Positions 53,338-64,000 of a stretch of DNA of 64,000 nucleotides are shown piece after piece; within the stretch, counting starts at the first letter, position 1, and the number at the start of each line of letters is the position of its first letter. The translations under genes and the position numbers were made by a program. Origin of the DNA: Octopus vulgaris (Eukaryota); contig OX597818.1 in assembly GCA_951406725.2 (NCBI GenBank), positions 132,494,001 through 132,558,000 of the forward strand, read 5' to 3'. The notes beneath the pieces are model-generated. The model saw nothing but the letters and a program-made list of their open reading frames with translations. It did not search any database and had not been told where the DNA came from.

Positions 53338-53559
53338 AAAAAATATAGTCGAAGATACAGTTGTGTTCTTTTTTTCAAGTTGGTAGGGAATAATATGAAG
53401 GATTTATATTTATAGACGCAGACATGGCCGTGTAATTAAGAGGTTCGCTTCATAAACACCCAATTTCGGGTTCAGTCCCGCTGCGTCATCGATAGGTGTC
53501 TTCTACACAAGCTTCGAATTGATCAGGGCTTTGTCGTTGAAATTTAATAGGTAGAAGCT

Positions 53560-54740
53560 GCCTGGAATCAGCACTGCTCATCATACACTGCTATCTGGTA
53601 TAGCAGCCGTGCACTCCAACAGGTTCCTCCCCTCTTACTTCTTGATCTCATCATTTCATCTTCATCTTTATCGCTCATGACTCCATTTTCCTTTCACTCA
53701 ATCCCCGAGGATATGGGCTTTAAGTTTTAAGTTCTGACAATGTGGTCAAAATGTTTCACTTTTCGCCATCTGACTAACGTCACCTTCTTTCTAACACCTT
53801 CGCCTTTCCTCCAAGATCTGATCGGCAGCGCTAGACTGTAGCACATCGTCACCAACACCTGAAGTGTCTTAGTGTCAGCACCCACTAAAGTCCCTGGTTT
53901 AAATTCGTACCCATTACAGCGTTACTGGCCAGATCAGATATTTAGAAGTTTCAACTTCACGTTCTTGCTGAAGGTACAATCTTTCCATGTTGTTTTGATC
54001 AACACTAGAATCTAAGGTCTTGAATTTGTTAACCTGGGCTAGTTTTTTTTCTAGGCATTACACAATAATCCGCTTTGGTTCCCTGATGGATGCCATGATC
54101 TTGGACGTTTTTAGTGCTGATTCCTAGTTGAAATTCATTAGTGACTTGACTAATTGTGTTAATCAGTCCCTGGACTCAGTCGACAAGGTAGCGATCAGCA
54201 CGATGTCACTAGCAAAGCAAAAGTTATTTAGCCGCCGGCCATTGATATGCTCACAGATCCAGCCACGACCATCTGCTGACTTCTGCAGCCCACCTACAGA
54301 ATAGAGTTTAAAGCTGATAAGTGAAACAAGACACTCTAGTTGAACTCCTTTCCTGATGGCCACCAACTCCCTAAATTTGCATTTCACTTCAGCAAGCACC
54401 TGCTCGTCCACTTACTGCGGAGGCCTCACTCGTCATCATCTGCGACACTTTCCGCAATGATGAAGGCCTGACTGAGTTAAAGGCCTTTTTATAATCAATA
54501 AACACCATGTATAGTAAAACATCGTTTCCTAACTTTCTCCATGAGGAACTTGATATTAAAAATCTGGTCCATCGCGCCTACCTTTTATGAAACCCCATCT
54601 GCACTTCTGCGAGCAGTTCTGCAACAGGATTCTCAAAAAGATCCTGCTGCTATGACCGACGGGGCTATGATATGATTTTCTGAGCAATCAGAAGTACCTG
54701 CAACCTTGGGCAGTACCTTAAAGGCTGTTCGTATCCAATT
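53560..54740 (-). pseudogene. Degenerate RTE-clade LINE reverse transcriptase
   Basis: VFIDYKKA, RKGVQLECLVSLISFKLY (GVRQGCxLSPxLFxLY), INGRRLNNFCFASDIVLIA (NNLRFADDIVL); many stops and frameshifts. Confidence 0.85.
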
Positions 54741-54994
54741 TGCAAGCCATCTTGACATCTCATTTGTTATACAACTTTATAAAAACTATACGTGTACATA
54801 TACATACAATATACATACATACATACATATACACACTCACACATATATACATACAATATATATACATACATACATACATGCAAACTTACATAAATACACA
54901 CATATATATATATATGAACATTTAATGCGGCTATAGGGTCAAGTTTTGACTGCTATTTCAGCGTGGTGGTATCTCTCAGATACCTTAATTTATA

Positions 54995-55038
<44 letters not shown>

Positions 55039-55152
55039 TATATATATATATATATTTATTTATAAACTTTACCGAACGTGACTAAGTGCGTCAAGACACC
55101 TACATTGCAAGAGGAGCTAAAATGCTCTTAATGGTGTAGGGAAAGCCCATAA

Positions 55153-55192
<40 letters not shown>

Positions 55193-55342
55193 GTAAAATA
55201 TGAAAAATCTACGAAAATGCACATATATATACATATGCTGTCGTGGGGATAATCACTTCACCGAAATGCTTTCTTACTGTATATATATATATATATAATA
55301 TATATATGAAAAGGCACTGCGTATATATATATATATGTATTA

Positions 55343-55405
<63 letters not shown>

Positions 55406-55669
55406 TGCTTGTATGTATGTATACTTATACATTAAGCGTGTGTATGTGTGTATTGGAAAAAAGTTTATTGTTAGAAAATGAAACACTGTTTATTAATAAT
55501 AATAATAATAATGATAAATAATCTGTCGGTAAAAATGAAATCAGTCAAATAGAATGCTGCTGTTTGAATTTAGCAGTTTCATTTGCTGATTTCAAGGATT
55601 TTCAAGATTTCGATTTGTGGTATTCATAAATTTATTACTTAACAACTTTATTACTAATTTCCTATCGAA

Positions 55670-55850
55670 TGCGGTGGACTGGCAGAATTGTTAGAGCACC
55701 GGTCAAAATGTATTGCAGCATTTAGTCCGTTTTTACGTTCTGTGTTTCAATCCCGCGGAGTTCGACTTTGCTTTTCATCCTTTCGGAGTCGATAAAATAA
55801 TTATTAGTTACACACATTGCTGGCCTTGTGCCAAAACTTGAAACCATTAT
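55670..55850 (+). mobile_element. SINE family A (old)
   Basis: CTGGCAGAATTGTTAG, CGACTTTGCTTTTCATCCTTTCGG, TGCTGGCCTTGTGCCAAAA tail. Confidence 0.8.
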
Positions 55851-56934
55851 TTAAATCCTATAATAGATTTAGTCTCGGAGAAAATTTCCGAATAAAAGGA
55901 TTTTTCCATTACTTTGCGGTATTGTGGATTGTTCCTTGAACATTTTAAAAATCTCATGAATTCACGCAGATTTTTAAATATTGCTTTAATGGGATTTTCC
56001 TTAGTTTTCACTCTCGTATATCAACATCATATTTTCTCCCCAAACTAAATTTTTAACACCACAAAATGGTTGAGGAGCGAACTTCTTAACACAGCGATAT
56101 ACGAGATCGTCTGTTTGTAACACTAAGATTTATTTAGATATTCGCAAGAAGACAGAATAGTATGCGTAGGTTTGTCTTTATATGAGCGTGATTTTCGATA
56201 TCTATGTGTATATGTGCATTCTGAAGCTAAATCATACATGACTTTTATCGAGAAATCAACACGTGTTTCAGAATGAAGAATAGAATCTAAAATCTCCAGT
56301 TCAGAAATGTGTTGATAGTGACAACAATAATAATAAGAATAAAAGAATATGAATGATTAATTACATCGTGAAAGTATCATGAAACATCATTTAAAACGCA
56401 GATACGCCATTACATTCAGTGCATTTTGTCATAATATATAACACAAAGCTTTAAAACTTCGTCATCTACATAACACCTACAACTTAACCATTGGCACAAA
56501 TTCTCAGTGCCACGAAATAAAACTAAAATATATAACATTATGAACCTATGTTTTAAATGGCCATTATGACAACGACACTGTATTTGGCTTGCGTTTCAGT
56601 ACACAATCTGAGATCAAATTACTTGTCAATCAAGTACGAATTCTAAATAAAAAATAACTCTGTTTATTTCTATCATTGGCTGCCTCACATGTTACATTTA
56701 TTTTATAGGCCAGAGTACGCTGTACTAAGAAAATCCATCATTTCTATAGATTTGACCCGAATTTACTTGATGGTTTGATTCTCTTTTTTTATAGAGTGAT
56801 ATTTATTTTATGTTTACACATTCTTTGGTCTTATTAATTCACTTCGTTTATTTATTGCTTCTGCTTCTTTTTTAGTTAGTTTCCGCACGCGTTTATCTAT
56901 TTACGAGAGGAATAAAAAAAAATATATATGAGCA

Positions 56935-57493
56935 TGTATGTATGTATGTATGTATGTATGTATGTATGTATGTATGTATGTATGTATGTATGTATGTATG
57001 TATGTATGTATTTATGTATGTATGTATGTATGTATGTATGTATGTATGTATGTATGTATGTATGTATGTGTGTATGTATGTATGTATGTATGTGTGTATG
57101 TATGTATGTATGTATGTATGTATTTATGTATGTATTTATGTATGTATGTATGTATGTATGTATGTATGTATGTATGTATGTATGTATGTATGTATGTATG
57201 TATGTATGTATGTATGTATGTATGTATGTGTGTATGTATGTATGCATGTGTGTATGTATGTATGTATGTATGTGTGTATGTATGTATGTATGTATGTATG
57301 TATGTATGTATGTATGTATGTATGTATGTATGTATGTATGTATGTATGTATGTGTGTATGTATGTATGTATGTATGTATGTATGTATGTATGTATGTATG
57401 TATGTATGTATGTATGTGTGTATGTATGTATGTATGTATGTATGCATGTATGTATCTCTCTCTCTCTCTCTCTTTCTCTCTCGCCCTCTCTCA

Positions 57494-57540
<47 letters not shown>
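56935..57540. repeat. (TATG)n of about 520 bp, then (CT)n and (TA)n
   Basis: Directly visible. Confidence 0.98.
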
Positions 57541-57545
<5 letters not shown>

Positions 57546-57748
57546 CTTTATTTAAAGCAGCAGAAAATTCAACAAAATCTGTTACTCTGAGTTTCTCGTT
57601 GCCGATCATCTATCTGATGAACGGCAACGAGAAACTCAGAGTACAGATTTTGTTGAATTTTCTGCTGCTTTAAATAAAGCATATTACTCTACCACTGGTA
57701 TTTGAGTACTCTTTTTCCACCTTGTTTCACATTTATGTGTTTACTCCG

Positions 57749-57750
<2 letters not shown>
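57546..57750 (+). mobile_element. Fold-back element in (TA)n: near-perfect hairpin of about 65 bp whose apex carries CTGATGA...GAAAC
   Basis: 57546-57610 is the inverse of 57616-57679; CTGATGA-ACG-GCAA-CGA-GAAACTC at 57614-57637. Confidence 0.75.
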
Positions 57751-57845
<95 letters not shown>

Positions 57846-57867
57846 GTATTATATATATATATATATA

Positions 57868-59131
57868 TCAGGTCATCCCATAAGTTCTGTCCGAATTTTG
57901 AATAAAGAAAACAAGTGATCAAATGTTATATTTAATTGAAATTTAATCATCAATGTACTTTCCCTGATTATATCTATGACTTCCTTCCATCTATTTACAA
58001 GCTTTTTAATCCCATCGATGTAAAACTCTTTTGGTTTCAAAGCGAAGAACTCTGAAATGTCAGTTTCGCCCTCCTCCTGGCTTGCGAAAGTTATGTCCCA
58101 CAAATGATTCTGTAAACTACGAAACAAATGGTAGTCTGAAGGAGCAAGGTTGGAAAATAAGGTGGATGAGGAATTTTTTCCCAACCAAGCACTTCAATCT
58201 TCTGTGATGTGATATTTGCAGTGTGGGGTCACGCATTGTCCTGATGAAAACTCTCTTTTTCGATTCACTCTTTTTTTCTTCAAAGCTTGGTTCAAACGCT
58301 TTAATTGCTGACAGTAGACTTGAGCATTGATTGTTGCATTAGGTGGTAACAATTCAAAGTGAATTACTCCTTTGCAATCCTATCAGATAGAGAGAAGAAC
58401 CTTTTTCCTACGAAGTTCCTTTCTCTGTTGTGGCTGAGCTTTTTTTCCTTTTACCAAGCCACTGTTTACGACATTTAACATTTCGATAGAAGATCCATTT
58501 TTCGTCATCAGTCACAAGTCTATCCAAAAAGGGTGAAATGAGTTCGCGAGAATGAAGAGAAGAGCAGATGTCAACTCGGGATTCGGGGTTGCTTTCGAAC
58601 AATTCAAGAGGCACCCATTTTCCAAGTTTATGAACCATTCCAAGTTGTTAAAGATGACGATGAACAGTTGTATGTTTTGAACTAAGCTTTATTACCAATT
58701 CTTCAACTGATAATGCAGGATTTTCTTCAAGTAATGCCTCAAGGAGCTTATCATTAAACTCAACTGGACGTCCTGTTCGATCTTCATCTTCAAGGCTGAA
58801 ATCTCCACTTCTGAATTTTGCAAACCATCTTCTGCAAGTTCTTTCATTCAAGCATTCTTTCCCATAAACTGGGTGTATGTTTCGAGTCGCTTCGGCTGCA
58901 GAGTTTCCTTTTTTGTACTCATAAAGCATTAAGTGCCTCAAATGCTCTTTGGATACTTCCATATTAGAAAGGGTTTTAATCAAAGAAATTTTAATTCTAT
59001 TATTCTGTAAAATAATATTTAATTAGTTTAAATGTACACAAATGCGAAAAAATATTTTTTAATTCCATTAGACATTCTAAAATACTATTAAATTTCATTC
59101 AAAATCGGACAGAACTTATTGGATGACATGA
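57868..59131 (-). mobile_element. Full-length (about 1.26 kb) mariner transposon with a disrupted transposase
   Basis: About 35-bp TIRs TCAGGTCATCCCATAAGTTCTGTCCGAATTTTGAAT, TA flanks; ATG at 58962, stop near 57943; Mos1-type HTH, GRP, WVPLEL, DDEKWIFY, HQDNA, LAPSDYHLF. Confidence 0.95.
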
Positions 59132-59298
59132 TATATAAATTTAGTTAGGTATTAAATAACCACCTAAGGGATATTAAATATCCATAGAATTTACTGGTTA
59201 TTTTACCCATATACACAACAATGTTATGAACTATAATCCTTTTCTTATTTTAAAAAATGTGTGCATTGGCTCATGTATGTGAGGGTGAGTATATATAT

Positions 59299-59765
59299 AT
59301 ATATAAGAAAAATAAAAACGGAAAATACGCACACTTACATGGTTATAGTATAATTTTTAATGTATCGACCGGTTTCGCAATCGCTATTCATGATACAATG
59401 TGTTTTTTTTAAACCTGTCTCCTGCCTGTACACATATTTTTCCCCACCCAAAACCTAAACAGTTATCTCCCTTACAGACAAGAATAACAACAATAATAAC
59501 AACCAATTACCTCTCTTTACTTGTCAACTTGTAAAATCATTCACTCGTGAATCTCATTATAAACAACATGGACCCATTTTCTTCTTAAGAAGCAATATAT
59601 TTTCATATAAATTAAACATTGTATCATGAATAGCGATTGCGAAACCGGTCGATACATTAAAAATTATACTATAACCATTTAAGTGTGCGTATTTTCCGTT
59701 TTTATTTTTCTTATATACATTACAATCCACCACGTGGGGACAACCGAAATCCATCTTTTCTGTTA
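59299..59765. mobile_element. Fold-back element between TA tracts; ~100-bp inverted arms each containing an HHR fold
   Basis: 59301-59401 is the inverse of 59616-59716, with a spacer of about 214 bp. Confidence 0.8.
59620..59656 (+). ncRNA. Minimal type-I hammerhead fold, A3-U8 core variant (mirror copy at 59361-59397, minus strand)
   Basis: TGTATC-ATGAATA-GC-GATT-GC-GAAA-CCGG-TC-GATACA: 6-bp stem I, palindromic stem III ACCGGT, GUC triplet. Confidence 0.75.
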
Positions 59766-59772
59766 CTACTAC

Positions 59773-59817
<45 letters not shown>

Positions 59818-61101
59818 CACATATATATATATATATATATGAATGTATGAGTATATGTATATATATATATACGTGTGTGTATGTATATGTGTACGTGTGA
59901 TTGTGGGTGTATTTGTATCGATATATATATGTATGTGAGTGAATGAATAATGTGGTATACATGAAGATATAGCGTGTTTATCTTGTTTACTTTGTTGTTT
60001 TGGCTCGTTGTTCGTATTTTGGACATTTCGTTTGTATTTGTATTACTTTGGTTTTATTGTGTGTATTTAGATCGTTTTTCGTTGTCCGTATTGAGCTGGT
60101 TTCGTTTTTCGTTTTGTTTCAAAGAATGAGAAAATAGTTATCTCACTTTAAACTATAACTTTAATAAAATGTAAGTTTGATTTATATTATAAATTCCTCT
60201 ATTTAGATTTGAATTAATATATAAACTAATGTTTTACCATGAATATATCTACATATGTGTATGGAATTGGATATGTATACATACATGCATATTCACATAT
60301 AAATTAGAAATGTCTGTATATGTGTCTGTATGAATGTGTGTATTATGCAGCAAAATCGGTTATAGAACTAGACACTAATAGGGGAGGTCATCGCTCTCAT
60401 TTCTAGCCTTACATGATACACATAGACCCGGGTTTCTGATTAGTTACCCGTTTTTAATGTGTGATAATCACCAGCTTGTTTCTTTATTATGATAATCAAA
60501 TATCGTTACAGAGAGGGACAACACAGGACGTTACAGACATTTAGATAAGCTTAACGAGTTTATGTTAAAAATTGGATAAATTCTATATACAAATTATAAT
60601 TTAAAAATTTATACAGACTTGTTCACAAAATTTGGTTGGGTAACCAGCGACTACACCATGCTTTTACCATGGGTGGTATTAAGTAGGGACAGTCACTTCT
60701 AACTTCCTCACGACATCCTTCCATCTTTTCTCATCTTCGTGACAGGTGCCTCCTCTCCAGCCTTATCTTGCTCTTCAGGTGGTATCTGAAGTAATATATC
60801 AATCTAGTGCCGGAGATGAAGGATCCTGTCTTGATTCCTTGCATTCTTGAAAGTGATCGCAAAACTGACTTCAGTTTTTTTTCTAAATGTTACCTTTTTA
60901 TCTACAACTGTTCGTTTGATGTTCCTTCCTGCACTCAATAATTTTCAAATATAATTGGACGAAATATTCGCCTTAAAAGACAGAAATCTCGATGAAATCA
61001 TCTACGTGTGTTGACGTATGTCTTCTGCCAACACAAAATGTTACATGATACTCCATTGATTTCGACTTATATGCGATCATGGGATGACCTACTCATTATA
61101 T

Positions 61102-61263
61102 GGCGCAGGAGTGGCTGTGTGGTAAGTAGCTTGCTTATCAGCCACATGGTTCCGGGTTCAGTCCCACTGCGTGGCACCTTGGGCAAGTGTCTTCTACTAT
61201 AGCCTCGGGCCGACCAATGCCTTGTGAGTGGATTTGGTAGACGGAAACTGAAAGAAGCCCGTC

Positions 61264-61316
<53 letters not shown>

Positions 61317-61530
61317 TGTGTGTGTTTGTGTGTCTGTGTTTGTCCCCCTAGCATTACTTGACAACCGATGCTGGTGTGTTTATGTCCCCGTTACTTAGCG
61401 GTTCGGCAAAAGAGACCGATAGAATAAGTACTGGGCTTACAAAAGAATAAGTCCCGGGGTCGAGTTGCTCGATTAAATGCGGTGCTCCAGCATGGCCGCA
61501 GTCAAAGTGACTGAAACAAGTAAAAGAGTA
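61102..61530 (+). mobile_element. SINE family B, full length
   Basis: Near-consensus copy. Confidence 0.93.
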
Positions 61531-61854
61531 CATTAGCATGTAGTGTGGCTGAGTATTTCACAGACACGTGCATCATTAACGCAATTCTCAAGTAGAATCA
61601 ACGTGACATAATATGTGAGAAAACTGGACGTTTTAATTGCAGCTACAAACCAGCCGACAACTTTCATATAGATTCTGTCAACGCAATTTTATTCAAAGTT
61701 TAAGAAGATTCGAGGTAATGGTAAAGGAATTTGGCCATGAAGCTACACAGTAGAATCGCACACGGAACCTAATGGTTGCGAATGGAACTTCTCAAACTCT
61801 CAGTCTATGACGGCTTCCATATATTCATATACACACAATCATATATACGTGTAT

Positions 61855-62230
61855 GGAGGCGCAATGGCCCAGTGGTTAGGGCAGCGGACTCGCGGTCGTT
61901 GGATCGCGGTTTCGATTCCCAGACCGGGCGTTGTGAGTGTTTATTGAGCGAAAACACCTAAGGCTCCATGAGGCTCCGGCAGGGGATGGTGGTGATCCCT
62001 GCTGTACTCTTTCACCACAACTTTCTCTTAGTCTTACTTCCTGTTTCTGTTGTATTTCAAAGGGCCGGCCTTGTCACTCTCTGTGTCACGCTGAATATCC
62101 CCGAGAACTATATTAAGGGTACACGTGTCTGTGGAGTGCTCAGCCACTTACACGTTAATTTCACGTGCAGGCTGTTCCGTAGATTCGTATCAACTGGAAC
62201 CCTCGTCGTCGTAACCGACGGAGTTCTTCC
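61855..62230 (+). mobile_element. SINE family C
   Basis: 12-bp TSD ATATACGTGTAT (61843-61854 / 62231-62242). Confidence 0.93.
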
Positions 62231-62469
62231 ATATACGTGTATATATTCAAATACTTTAAAGAATTAGGTAGTAATTTACTAAGGTGCCATTATATGAGAT
62301 TCATATAGACATATGTATGTATGTGTGTGTGCACGTGTGTGTGCGTATGTGTGTAAGTATAAATATTTGTTTGTATGTGTATTTATGTATGTATATATGA
62401 ATAGAGCGTTTAGCAAGACACACTTAAGCAGTTTCCCAATTATTGTCGTCCAAACATTTTAATCATTTG

Positions 62470-62790
62470 AGTTTCTCGCCAAAGACAACACTTTCGTACC
62501 CACCCTGTTTGCCAGATTTAGCATCTGCTAACTTCCATCTCTTCCCCGAGATGAAAATGCAGCTGGAAGGTCGCCGTTATAACACCGTTGTCGTGATCCA
62601 GAGCGAATCGCATAAGGTCCTCGACTCGCTTAAGGAAAACAACTTCCAGGCCGGATTCCAAGAGCTGCAGGACCGGTGCATTGCTGCACAAAGTGACTAT
62701 TTCGAAGGGGATGATGTTAAAACTTCGGTAAATAAATTATTATTTTTTTTTATTAAACACAACTTTCTGAGAACCTTTTGATTCCACCTC
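62470..62790 (+). pseudogene. Mariner transposase C-terminal fragment with probable right TIR
   Basis: YPPCLPDLASANFHLFPEMK..LEGRRY...CIAAQSDYFEGD matches HPPYSPDLAP.DF.LF...GDYFE. Confidence 0.85.
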
Positions 62791-62892
62791 AAAGTCCTAG
62801 ATATAATCCATTTTAATGCTGTAGGGTACGACTTAAAATAATTCAGCGGCTATATATAACGAGTCGGACGATCCTGCAGCGGTACTCTTATC

Positions 62893-63304
62893 AGCGAGTT
62901 GGCAGAAACGTTAGCACGTCGGGCGAAATGCTTAGCGGTATTTCGTCTGCCGTTACGTTCTGAGTTCAAATTCCGCCGAGGTCCACTTTGCCTTTCATCC
63001 TTTCGGGGTCGATTAAATAAGTACCAGTTACACACTGGAGTCGATGTAATCGACTTAATTCGTTTGTCTGTCCTTGTTTGCCCCCTCTGTGTTTAGCCTC
63101 TTGTGGGTAATAAAGAAATAGGTATTTCGTCTGCCGTTACGTTCTGAGTTCAAATTCCGCTGAGGTCGACTTTGCCTTTCATCCTTTCGGGGTCAATAAA
63201 TTAAGCACCAGTTACGCACTGGGGTCGATGTAATCGACTTAATACCTATGTCTGTCCTTGTTTGTCCCCTCTGTGTTTAGCCCCTTGTGGGTAGTAAAGA
63301 AATA
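62893..63304 (+). mobile_element. Dimeric family-A SINE within a single TSD
   Basis: TSD GGTACTCTTATC (62881-62892 / 63305-63316); internal junction AAAGAAATA|GGTATTTCG at 63120/63121. Confidence 0.93.
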
Positions 63305-63905
63305 GGTACTCTTATCGGCCCTAAGATTTCTCCGTCTTTCATTGCTGTTTGTTTTCCTTGGAAAAAAAAAATTCAATATATCTGTTTGCTGACCTATAAT
63401 TCTTTTTAGAGTTTTGCCAGTGTTAAAGACAGTGACGATGAACTGCTGACGATATCAGAAACTAGTCAGATCAATATGATAGATGTTTGCTTGTGCATTT
63501 ATAAATTTTGACTTATGAATGGTAATTTTGATTTATGAATGGTTAAAAAAAAAAAAGCTGGGAAGAAATTCTGGAATGTTCATGTTTCTGGGTGGGACGG
63601 AAGGACGGATGGATGGATGAAAAGATTTTGTGTAATGGTTAATGTGGGAATTATGGTATGATTGAGATGCAGTAGGAGTAACGGTAAGAGAAAAGGGAGC
63701 TATGACGAATGAGCTTGGATAGAGGTCGGTGTGGAAGCAATTAGCTACTCTAAGGAGCAGAGAGCATGATAATAGGGAGACAATCAGCGGAATGAAGGAA
63801 CAAGGTATGCACGTAGTCAATGGATTAGTGAATTAGTCGTTGCTCATCTATCGAGAGATAAAACAACGACAAAGCTATATTGGGTGGCTTCGTTGTTGTT
63901 TAACC

Positions 63906-64000
63906 GGAGGCGCAATGGCCCAGTGATTAGGGCAGCGGACTCGCGGTCATAGGATCGCGGTTTCGATTCCCAGACTGGGCGTTGTGAGTGTTTATTGAGC
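63906..64000 (+). mobile_element. SINE family C, 5' end (runs off the window)
   Basis: GGAGGCGCAATGGCCCAGTG head. Confidence 0.92.

Noticed and set aside
55236-55275. Hammerhead at CTGTCGT-GG...CC-GAAATGC
   Set aside because: Two core changes and no stem I or palindromic stem III.
60600-60830. L1/Tx1-like ORF2 C-terminus on the minus strand (similar hint at about 50150-50250, plus strand)
   Set aside because: Only a short remembered resemblance (YFRYHLKSKIRLERR); not supportable without a search.

Overview
AT-rich, repeat-saturated eukaryotic DNA with no intact host gene. The SINE families and microsatellite load resemble an octopus/coleoid cephalopod genome (inference from recognition of the repeats, no search run). 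Most ORF-track entries are microsatellite or SINE artefacts. Supported content: (i) three abundant tRNA-derived SINE families, labelled A, B and C here, many with clear target-site duplications (TSDs); (ii) decayed DNA transposons: an IR-DR Tc1 (DD34E), a full-length mariner, a mariner fragment, a hAT dimerisation-domain remnant, and hAT- and piggyBac-type MITEs; (iii) decayed LINE pieces (RTE, CR1-like); (iv) a degenerate Penelope-like (PLE) reverse transcriptase at about 28.7-29.8 kb; (v) very long simple repeats. The most interesting signal is absent from the ORF track. About ten short elements, nearly all in (TA)n or (AAT)n tracts and several as fold-back duplications, carry minimal type-I hammerhead-ribozyme (HHR) folds. 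Their cores include the canonical C3-G8 form, compensatory U3-A8 and A3-U8 forms, and a recurrent A6U form. One is fused to a tRNA-like Pol III head. This looks like a diverse population of non-autonomous, PLE-mobilised, ribozyme-bearing mini-elements. A SINE family that repeatedly stacks into itself at a fixed site is a second notable pattern.
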